This document shows positions 1 to 7,356 of a stretch of 64,000 nucleotides of DNA, one piece after another. Each line of letters starts with the position of its first letter. Positions within the stretch are counted from its first letter, which is position 1. The DNA comes from Nanobdellota archaeon (GTDB lineage: Archaea > Nanobdellota > Nanobdellia > Woesearchaeales > GW2011-AR4): the NCBI GenBank assembly GCA_038046385.1, contig JBBSWH010000005.1, positions 64,339-128,338 on the forward strand, written 5' to 3'. Position numbers and translations under genes: made by a program. Under the pieces are notes generated by a model. That model made no database searches. It was not told the DNA's origin and saw nothing but the letters and a program-made list of their open reading frames with translations.

Positions 1-568
1 GGTATAAAACAGAATTTTCGTCTTTCAATTCCAATCCAAGTTTCATTGCGTATTCAGAAGGGCTCCAAATGTTTTTTTCCTTTACCAGCTTTTCTATGAA
101 CTTCATGTGAAAATCTTCAAAGTCGCAATAGTTTTTGTCAGGGACAAAAATATTTCCCAGCCTATTTATGCCGTTGTTTTTCACAACTTCATCATCAACA
201 TTGAAGCTTCCAAGGTAAAAATCGTTCATTGTCTTTATGAAATCCTCCTCTATTGCGCCTGTTGTTGTTATTATTGCAGCAATAAGCTTTTTTGCTGCAA
301 GCTGCGCTATGATTTCCCTTAATCCCGAAGAAACCATATTGGATGTGCATGCTAAGTACAGTTCTGCTTTGTCTTTTTTTATCTGCTTTAGAATATCAAC
401 AGCTTTTCCTATGTGGCTTGCCTGAAATCCGATTGAATTGTAGTTTTCAAGAAGTTCATTTACTTTTAGGTCTTTTTTTAGCTGGAAGCCTTTTATCTTT
501 TTAATTTCCTTTATGTTTATGGAATTCTCCTTTGCCTTCCTCTTGAAAGATATGTTCTTCATAGTCAT
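1..568 (-). CDS. dys: Deoxyhypusine synthase, N-terminal ~189 codons (3' end runs off the window)
   Basis: Own minus-strand translation from ATG at 568/562: MTMKNISFKRK..GFQASHIGKAVDILKQ..CTSNMVSSGLREIIAQL..TTTGAIEEDFIK..NRLGNIFVP, with no in-frame stop down to position 1. Missing from the ORF track because it is open at the window edge. Confidence 0.8.
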   Translation of the reverse strand, partial: MTMKNISFKRKAKENSINIKEIKKIKGFQLKKDLKVNELLENYNSIGFQASHIGKAVDILKQIKKDKAELYLACTSNMVSSGLREIIAQLAAKKLIAAIITTTGAIEEDFIKTMNDFYLGSFNVDDEVVKNNGINRLGNIFVPDKNYCDFEDFHMKFIEKLVKEKNIWSPSEYAMKLGLELKDENSVLY

Positions 569-606
569 CTGGTTTTCATATAATTATTTAAATGTTAGTA
601 TAGATA

Positions 607-1398
607 ATGCATAAAATGGCACTCTTCATTGACGCACACACACATTTAGACCACCATCTTCTAGTTAGCCAGCTGGATGAAGTAATAAGAAGGGCGAAGA
701 ATGCTGGAGTTCGCCATATTGTAACCAATGGGATAAATCCGGAAACAAACAGGAAATGCCTTGAAATATCTAAAAAATACGATATTGTAGAGTGCGGGAT
801 GGGGCTGTACCCAAGAAATGCTTTAAAGAAAGATATTGACAGCGGAGATTACCCGATAAAGCTGTGGGATTATAATGTTGATGAAGAGCTTGATTTCATA
901 AGGCAGAATAAAAACAGCATTGTTGCAATTAGCGAGGTTGGGTTGGATTTTGTTGACGGAGAAAGCAAGGAGCAGATGGAAGATTTTGAAAAAGTAATGA
1001 AGCTTGCTGAACAAATTGGAAAGCCGATTGTGGTGCATTCCAGAAAAGCAGAGCAGAAATGCATTGAGATGATTGAATCTTCTAAGCTAAAAAAAGTGGT
1101 GATGCACTGCTTCTGCGGCAAGAAATCGCTTGTGAAAAGAATAGCGGACAACGGATGGTATATCACGATTCCGACAAGCGTTGTCAGGGCGCAGCAATTT
1201 CAGGATATTGTAAAAAACGTGCCGATAACGCAGCTTTTCTGCGAAACTGATTCACCTTACTTAAGCCCTTACAAAGACAAAATGAACGAGCCTGCTTTCA
1301 TACTGGAAAGCTACAATAAGATAAGCGAGATAAAGAAGATGGATGCTTTGGAAGTTGCCAACAGCATCTATATGAACTGGCAGAAAGTGTTTAAATGA
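607..1398 (+). CDS. tatD: TatD-family metal-dependent hydrolase/DNase
   Basis: 263 aa; DAHTHLD, EVGLD, VVHSR, HCFCG and ETDSPYL motifs typical of TatD. Confidence 0.85.
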   Translation: MHKMALFIDAHTHLDHHLLVSQLDEVIRRAKNAGVRHIVTNGINPETNRKCLEISKKYDIVECGMGLYPRNALKKDIDSGDYPIKLWDYNVDEELDFIRQNKNSIVAISEVGLDFVDGESKEQMEDFEKVMKLAEQIGKPIVVHSRKAEQKCIEMIESSKLKKVVMHCFCGKKSLVKRIADNGWYITIPTSVVRAQQFQDIVKNVPITQLFCETDSPYLSPYKDKMNEPAFILESYNKISEIKKMDALEVANSIYMNWQKVFK

Positions 1399-1517
1399 GT
1401 TAGCAGCTTCAAAATTCTTGATTTGTTGGTTTAAGTATCGTTCATGCTCCGTAGGAGCCGTCCCTCTGAACTCAGTTTATAGTTTTCCAGAATGAATTTT
1501 GACCTTAGGCTGCTAAC
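1399..1517. other. Closed multi-hairpin element directly after the tatD stop
   Basis: 9-bp terminal inverted repeat GTTAGCAGC (1399-1407) / GCTGCTAAC (1509-1517). Inner GCTCC-GTA-GGAGC hairpin. The 20-nt block 1447-1466 is identical to the reverse complement of 14384-14403. Confidence 0.5.
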
Positions 1518-1565
1518 CATAGTAAAACCGCAAGATTTTTAAGCTACAACTATCCAGTCAGAACC

Positions 1566-1952
1566 ATGAAACTCGAGATAAACACCAAGGAAGACTCGCA
1601 CGATGAGATAAGGAAAGTCATAAAAATGCTCCAGCATATTGTTGGCGATTCTTCGGAAGTTTTTACTAACCAACCTATCGTATCTACCGCTGCTGAAACA
1701 TCTCAAAATGCGTTTGTCAACATGTTTGGAGATTCTTCAACTCCCGCTGCATCAGAATCTGTTTCTGCTGAAACACAACCTGTTCCAGAAATAACAGAAG
1801 CCAAATCATCAGACTCAACAGAGGACCTTTTTGCAGAGCTTTTCAGCCCTGAAGAAATCCAAAAGATGGATACGAAGCCTGAAGATGAGGATGATGAAGA
1901 AGAGGCTCAAGTTAAGAGCAAAGCCAAAAAACGTAATTTAGAATTCTATTGA
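1566..1952 (+). CDS. Hypothetical acidic protein with low-complexity C-terminus
   Basis: 128-aa ORF in a gene-sized gap; no recognisable motif. Confidence 0.4.
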   Translation: MKLEINTKEDSHDEIRKVIKMLQHIVGDSSEVFTNQPIVSTAAETSQNAFVNMFGDSSTPAASESVSAETQPVPEITEAKSSDSTEDLFAELFSPEEIQKMDTKPEDEDDEEEAQVKSKAKKRNLEFY

Positions 1953-2111
1953 AAATTTATAGAGAACTTTGAATAAATTATTTGGTTTATATATTAGATT
2001 TAAAGTTCTCTTAGAGAATTTTGACAAATTGATGGTTTTTCAAAATTCTCTATAGTTTAATAAATCAGTATAAATTTTCAATCCCGCAATTTGCTTAGCA
2101 AATCTGCGTTA

Positions 2112-2729
2112 TTAAATATCTATTATTTTTCCTTTCTTGCCGACATTTATGACTTTTGTATTTCCAATCATTTCCTCTATGCCTTCTGCCTCGTGCACGT
2201 GACTGCATAGCAGAATATCTGGCTTGAAAACATCAATTGCCTTTCTGACTCCATCGCTCCCAGGAAATATATTTGAGAATTTTTCCATCAATGAGCCAGA
2301 TGGATGAACATGAGTTACTAAAATTTTGGTCTTTGAGTCTTTTATTCTGTCATATCCTTTTTTTATCAATTCAAAAATTTCATCTTCACCTAGCTGGAAC
2401 AATCCGATGTTTGCGCCGCCGCAGCCGAATAAGCCAACGTCTTTGTGTTTTATGGAATATCCGTGCAGGTTTGTTGCTCCGTACAACTCTGCCAGAAAAT
2501 CGGCTGTTGCAACAGTCTCGTGATTGCCGGGAATGAGGATTACTTTCTTATTTTTATTGATGAACGGACCTATAATCCCTTCTGTAGATGATTCTTGGTA
2601 TGTCAAATCTCCGCACAATACGACAAGGTCAACATTATCTTTTTCTGCCTGGTCTGCAAGCTTCATTGCATGCCGTGTGTCGCCGTGAATGTCACCTGCA
2701 GCGAGTATCTTTAACTTTTTGATGTCCAT
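2112..2729 (-). CDS. Calcineurin-like metallophosphoesterase
   Basis: GDIHGD, CGDL, GNHE, THVHP and CSHVHE motifs. Confidence 0.8.
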   Translation of the reverse strand: MDIKKLKILAAGDIHGDTRHAMKLADQAEKDNVDLVVLCGDLTYQESSTEGIIGPFINKNKKVILIPGNHETVATADFLAELYGATNLHGYSIKHKDVGLFGCGGANIGLFQLGEDEIFELIKKGYDRIKDSKTKILVTHVHPSGSLMEKFSNIFPGSDGVRKAIDVFKPDILLCSHVHEAEGIEEMIGNTKVINVGKKGKIIDI

Positions 2730-2776
2730 AAGGTTAGAATGAGGATATTTGTTTAAAAGATTATTGGAAATTTTTA

Positions 2777-3343
2777 CTATCTATCCACTATCTTCGCCTT
2801 TCCTGTTAAATCTACTATCTTGCTTGGCTTTCCATTTTTTTCGCCTTCGTAAAGGGCAAAATCAACATTTCCTTTTATCTCATCATCAAGGTCTTCGACA
2901 GAAGTCATGTAATCTTCCCCAGTTTTGTTGACAGAAGTTGTAACGATAGGAACGTTTGCCTCTGCAACAATATCCTTTATCCAGTGCTTAGGAATTCTTA
3001 CTCCAAGCGTCTTTAATCCCGGATTGACTTGTTTTGCAACACAGTCTTTTTTTAGCTTAAAGATTAGAGTGTATGGTCCAGGAAGTTTTTTTAGCCAGGC
3101 TTCCGCTTCTTTTTCAACAACGCAGTTTTCTTTTATCCATTCAACAGATGGAGCGATTACAGAAAAAGGGTTTTGTGCGCGTGATTTTATGCTTCTTATT
3201 TCGGAAACAGCTTCTGCATCCTGCGCGTTGCACCCGATGCCATAAATTGTATCTGTCGGATAGATAAATATTTTTCCTTCTGTTATAGAATCAATGATTT
3301 CCTGCTTTTCAAGATTTACCTCATCAAAATTTATTACCCTCAT
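2777..3343 (-). CDS. tsaC: YrdC/Sua5-domain L-threonylcarbamoyladenylate synthase (short TsaC type)
   Basis: 188 aa; YPTDTIYGIGC, LIFKL, GVRIP and TSVNKTGE motifs. Confidence 0.8.
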   Translation of the reverse strand: MRVINFDEVNLEKQEIIDSITEGKIFIYPTDTIYGIGCNAQDAEAVSEIRSIKSRAQNPFSVIAPSVEWIKENCVVEKEAEAWLKKLPGPYTLIFKLKKDCVAKQVNPGLKTLGVRIPKHWIKDIVAEANVPIVTTSVNKTGEDYMTSVEDLDDEIKGNVDFALYEGEKNGKPSKIVDLTGKAKIVDR

Positions 3344-3385
3344 AAAAAAATGAAAAGAAAAAGAATATAAAAATGTTGCGTATGG

Positions 3386-3514
3386 CTATCTTAAATAGCC
3401 TCTCATGAACCCTTCTTCAATGCCGCTTATTTCGTCATCATCCATTGATTCCTCAAGGAAATTTGAAGAGTAAAAATCTTCTTGAAATTCATCATACATC
3501 ATCTCTTCTTCCAT
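3386..3514 (-). CDS. Small acidic protein, 42 aa (MEEEMMYDEFQ..EEGFMRGYLR)
   Basis: Own translation; too short for the ORF track. GAGGTGA Shine-Dalgarno about 5 nt upstream of the ATG. Confidence 0.35.
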   Translation of the reverse strand: MEEEMMYDEFQEDFYSSNFLEESMDDDEISGIEEGFMRGYLR

Positions 3515-3519
3515 CTAAA

Positions 3520-3651
3520 TCACCTCTTATGTTTTATTGGAACGCCGCTGAACTGCGCGTCAAAGCTTCTTAATTGCTTGTTTGTCTTTGCTGTTAATTC
3601 TTTCATCTGCTGAAGGAATAATCCTTCAATGAACTTATTGCTTGTTTCCAT
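3520..3651 (-). CDS. Small protein, 43 aa (METSNKFIEGLFLQQMKEL..)
   Basis: Own translation. GAGGTGA SD about 6 nt upstream. Its stop overlaps the SD of the next small ORF. Confidence 0.35.
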   Translation of the reverse strand: METSNKFIEGLFLQQMKELTAKTNKQLRSFDAQFSGVPIKHKR

Positions 3652-3727
3652 TTTTTGTCACCTCTGAGTTTTTACGAAGAGGTTTGTTGAGCTTTGCTCA
3701 ACTTCACCTTTTTTGTTTTTTATTGGG

Positions 3728-3895
3728 CGCCGCGGCTGGGATTCCACGCAAATCGAAGATTTGCTGGGGTGCTCGAAAATCTATGATTTTCGACATTCAC
3801 CCAGAAGGATTAATCCTTTCCAAGATTTGAACCCAGAAGCTCTTTCGAGCAGGAAGGTCTTAGTTTCCCGGAATACCGAGTTATCCTACCGCGGC
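3728..3895 (-). tRNA. Class-II (Ser-shaped) tRNA gene with ~84-nt T-loop insertion; anticodon reads AAG in the 7-nt loop model
   Basis: Minus strand: GCCGCGG-TA-GGA-T-AACTCGGTA-T-TCC-G-GGAAA-CTAAGAC-CTTCC-TGCTCGAAAGAGCTT-CTGGG-TTCAAA[~84 nt]T-CCCAG-CCGCGGC-G. Perfect 7-bp acceptor, long variable arm, G73. Alternative fold has a 5-bp stem GGGAA/TTCCT with a 9-nt loop. Confidence 0.55.
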
Positions 3896-3931
3896 ATAAA
3901 GTTTAAATATCAGTAAACTAATCTTCTCTAT

Positions 3932-3965
3932 GAAGGTCTTAGTTTTCTGGAATGCCGGGTTATCC
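3932..3965 (-). repeat. Partial duplicate of the D-arm to anticodon-arm part of the adjacent tRNA
   Basis: 3932-3965 matches 3853-3886 at 30 of 34 positions, including the ACTAAGACC loop. It lacks an acceptor stem. Confidence 0.6.
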
Positions 3966-4130
3966 GGTTTTCTTTTTTATCTCCAGCCACTGATAGCCAT
4001 ATCCTTCATGAAGTTCTTTGCCACGATTGGATCCGGCATTGATGAATTTCTTAGTGGATTTCCATGGCATTGATAGCACTCTTCAAACCATGGCTTGACT
4101 GATGCTCCGCATGTTACACATCTCATCATT
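3960..4130 (-). CDS. Small protein, 56 aa (MMRCVTCGASVKPWFEEV..)
   Basis: Own codon-by-codon translation. AGGTGAT SD 4-5 nt upstream. Its 3' end overlaps the tRNA-like duplicate. Confidence 0.3.
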
Positions 4131-4325
4131 TGTATCACCTTTGATATTAATTGGCAAGGAAAACCGCGTGTGGGGGCTGCGGTTTTTTCCCTGCCTAATG
4201 GATTTAAGAGTAGAATTGGTTTATATACCTCACACGCACAGATGTCCAGTGTCCAGTGGTTAGTTTCCTTATTGAAAATAATAGATAAGTGCAGATTTAT
4301 ATAGGAAAATAACTTACCATAGGAA

Positions 4326-4592
4326 ATGGGATGCGTTCATCTTATTGTCTCTGGAAAAGTGCAGGGTGTTTTCTTTCGCGAGAACACAAGAAGAAAAGCA
4401 ATAGAGATTGGATTGAAAGGATATGCCAAGAATTTAAATGATGGAAATGTTGAAGTTGTGGCAGAAGGAAGCGAGAAAAAAATAAATGAATTAATTGATT
4501 TTATTAAAAATAATCCCGGATATTCAAAAATTGAAAATGTTAAGGTTTCACACAAGGAATATAATAATTTTAAATTATTTGAGGTATATTAA
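4326..4592 (+). CDS. acyP: Acylphosphatase
   Basis: 88 aa; VSGKVQGVFFR and GYAKNLNDGNVEVVAEG motifs. Confidence 0.85.
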   Translation: MGCVHLIVSGKVQGVFFRENTRRKAIEIGLKGYAKNLNDGNVEVVAEGSEKKINELIDFIKNNPGYSKIENVKVSHKEYNNFKLFEVY

Positions 4593-5659
4593 AAATCCGT
4601 CAATTTCTTCTCTGTCTTGTATTTTATGATTGTCGTGTTGCCGTCAGATCCGCCTTCTGTCTTTTCAGTGGTTATGAACTTGCTCTTCTCCAGCTTCTCT
4701 ATTTTTCTTTGGAAGGATTTGTAAACCAGCTTGCCGTTGTTTTCCTGATACAGCTTGAACAAATCCCCTATTCTTTTTCCTGAGTTGTTTTTAATTGTAT
4801 CAAGAATAATATGCTCTTCATTTTCCAGAGATTCAGGATTTTTTATAGTAAACTCTTCTATCTTTTTCAGTGACTGCTGCGCGTGCTCAAGGATTATCTT
4901 TCTTGATGATTTTGATTCTGCAATGTGGGCTGCTTCCTTCATCAGATGGAGCCCTGTCCTTAAGTCCTGCATTTCAAATGTTTTTTTAGCAACCAATTCA
5001 AAAGAATCATCGTCCCACACTCCAGGGTGGAAAGCATACTGGACTCTCTGCTTCAGAATTCCTTTTGTTTCCTCCTGATTGTATGGCTTGTATTCTATAA
5101 TTTCCGGCATTAATCGTGATTTTATGCGTTCATCAAGGTTTATCAGCCATTCCTTGTAGTTTGTGATAAGAATAATTGTTTTCCTGTAAATCTCTTCAAG
5201 AATCATGTAAATAAAATCTGGCTCTTCCAGCTTGTCAACTTCATCAAGAATAAAAACAACGGATTTCTTGTTAAGTGACTGCTTAACAATGCTGAAAAGC
5301 TCCTCTGTTTTTTTGTTCTGTATGAACTTAAATTCCAGCTTCTCGCAGATATAATAAAGTATCTTGAAAGTCGTGTTTCTTTGCCAGCAGTTTACATAAA
5401 TCGGAACAATATCGTCTGTCTGGTCTTCCAGCTCAACAATTATCTGCTTGCATGATACTGTTTTTCCCACGCCAGGCTGGCCGTAAATGAAAACGTTCTT
5501 GCCGCTTTTTTCATTGAACAGCGGCTTGATGCATTCTGCTACGATTCTTTGCTCCCTTTCCCTGTAAGGTGTTATTTTCGGCTGATAGTCAAACTCCAAA
5601 GCTATGTCATTCTTGAAAAGAGTCTCGTTGCTTGCCAGAATGTCCTTAAACAATGCCAT
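4589..5659 (-). CDS. cdc6: Orc1/Cdc6 replication initiator
   Basis: Walker A GQPGVGKT, Walker B FILDEVD, C-terminal winged helix; typical archaeal length of 356 aa. Confidence 0.9.
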   Translation of the reverse strand: MALFKDILASNETLFKNDIALEFDYQPKITPYREREQRIVAECIKPLFNEKSGKNVFIYGQPGVGKTVSCKQIIVELEDQTDDIVPIYVNCWQRNTTFKILYYICEKLEFKFIQNKKTEELFSIVKQSLNKKSVVFILDEVDKLEEPDFIYMILEEIYRKTIILITNYKEWLINLDERIKSRLMPEIIEYKPYNQEETKGILKQRVQYAFHPGVWDDDSFELVAKKTFEMQDLRTGLHLMKEAAHIAESKSSRKIILEHAQQSLKKIEEFTIKNPESLENEEHIILDTIKNNSGKRIGDLFKLYQENNGKLVYKSFQRKIEKLEKSKFITTEKTEGGSDGNTTIIKYKTEKKLTDF

Positions 5660-5714
5660 ATAGGCTGAAACTTAAACTTGGTTTATAAATTTTTGTTAAA
5701 AGAAATAAAATAAA

Positions 5715-6026
5715 TTAATTCAGCCTTCTTCCGCACCTTGAGCAGAAATTGTCATGCGCTCTTGCAGAGTTGCTGCAGTAAGGGCACCTTTTCATGCTTT
5801 GATTATTTTGATGGGTTGGTTGCCTGTGCATGGTTTGAGGAGTTTGATGGTGCAACGGCTTTTCTTCCTTTTTTCCGGAAGAAAAAATCATTTTGATTAT
5901 CCCGATAAGAATGAACAGTATTCCGACATAAAAAAAGAATAAAAATTTATCATAGTTTATTTTCCATGACACAGAAGACAGGAGGAAGCCTGCAAGCATG
6001 TAGACAATCCAATGTATTTTTGCCAT
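5715..6026 (-). CDS. Membrane protein with C-terminal zinc ribbon
   Basis: Two predicted TM helices followed by CPYC..CSRCG. Confidence 0.5.
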   Translation of the reverse strand: MAKIHWIVYMLAGFLLSSVSWKINYDKFLFFFYVGILFILIGIIKMIFSSGKKEEKPLHHQTPQTMHRQPTHQNNQSMKRCPYCSNSARAHDNFCSRCGRRLN

Positions 6027-6034
6027 TTATTCCC

Positions 6035-7315
6035 TTATTTCTCTCTTTTTCCTATAACTTTCTTTCCAAGATATTTCTGCAGAACCTTTGGCACTTTTAT
6101 CGTGCCGTCTTTCTGCTGGTGATTTTCAATAATTGCTCGCAAAGCTCTGCTTGTTGCAATTGCGGTGCTGTTTAAAGTGTGGACATATTCTTTTTCGTTG
6201 TCTTTTCTGTATTTTACATTTAATCTTGTTGCCTGATATGCTGTGCAGTTTGAGCATGAAACAACTTCCCTGTACAAATTCTCGCGGGGGAACCATGCCT
6301 CAATGTCATATTTCTTTGCAGCAACAATTCCGATGTCACCTGTGCATACATTAACAACTCTGTAAGGGATTTCAAGTTTTTGGAATATCTCTTCTGCATT
6401 TGCAAGCAACTCTTCGTGGAATTTCCATGAATCTTCAGGCTTGCAAAAGATAAACTGCTCAATCTTGTTGAAGTGATGAACTCTGAAAATTCCTTTTGTG
6501 TCAATGCTGTGGCTTCCCAATTCTTTTCTGAAGCAAGGGCTGCAGCCGGCAAATTTCAAAGGCAGCTTTTCAGGATCGACAACTTCGTTCATCAGCATGG
6601 CTGCAATCGGATGCTCTGATGTTGCAATCAGCATCAAATCTTCCCCTTCAATCTTGTACATCATTGTCTCAAAATCTTTCAAATCTGTGACGCCTTCATA
6701 CGGCTTGCGCCGCATCATCAAAGGAGGCTGAATCATTGTGTAATCTTTTTCTGAAAGCAGGTCTATTGCAAAATTTGTCAGCGCAAGCTCAAGCCTTGCG
6801 ATGTCTCCAATAAGATAATAAAAACCATGGCCGGAAACTTCAGCAGCTTTTTCAAAATTCGCCAGTCCCAACTCCTGCAAAAGTTCTCCATGAGACTTCA
6901 GTTCAAAGTCAAACTTAGGCTTTTCTCCGTGAGTCTTGACAACTTTGTTGTCTTCTGAGTCTTTTCCAGTTGGAACGCTGTCATGCAGAATGTTTGGAAG
7001 GCGCATCATGTAATATTCTACTTTTGTTTTTAATTTTTCAAGCTGCTCATCGCTCTGCTTTACTTTTTCCGGAAGCTCTTTTGCTTCCTGCACTTTTTCC
7101 TTGAAGTCCTTGCCTTGTTTTCTAAGAACATTGATTTCTTCTGTTATCTCGTTTCTTCTCTGCCTTAGCTTCTGGTTTTCCTGCAGCAATTTTCTGTAGT
7201 CAACGTCTGATTTTAACAAATCATCCAGCCATGCAAGCTTTTCCTTGTCGTTTCTCTTTTGAAGATCTTTCCTTACAATTTCAGGATTTTCGCGTATGAA
7301 TCTTATGTCTAACAT
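6035..7315 (-). CDS. serS: Seryl-tRNA synthetase
   Basis: N-terminal coiled-coil arm and class II core (FRVHHFNKIEQF, TAIATSRAL). Confidence 0.95.
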   Translation of the reverse strand: MLDIRFIRENPEIVRKDLQKRNDKEKLAWLDDLLKSDVDYRKLLQENQKLRQRRNEITEEINVLRKQGKDFKEKVQEAKELPEKVKQSDEQLEKLKTKVEYYMMRLPNILHDSVPTGKDSEDNKVVKTHGEKPKFDFELKSHGELLQELGLANFEKAAEVSGHGFYYLIGDIARLELALTNFAIDLLSEKDYTMIQPPLMMRRKPYEGVTDLKDFETMMYKIEGEDLMLIATSEHPIAAMLMNEVVDPEKLPLKFAGCSPCFRKELGSHSIDTKGIFRVHHFNKIEQFIFCKPEDSWKFHEELLANAEEIFQKLEIPYRVVNVCTGDIGIVAAKKYDIEAWFPRENLYREVVSCSNCTAYQATRLNVKYRKDNEKEYVHTLNSTAIATSRALRAIIENHQQKDGTIKVPKVLQKYLGKKVIGKREK

Positions 7316-7356
7316 AGAACTAAATTAATTTAGAATGTATAAAAATGTTTCTTATA

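Noticed and set aside
3350-5714. Replication origin next to orc1/cdc6.
   Set aside because: I looked for repeated ORB-like boxes flanking an AT-rich unwinding element on both sides of the gene. I found only the tRNA, small ORFs and unrelated hairpins (e.g. 4152-4197). No repeated box was visible by eye, so the origin may lie elsewhere.
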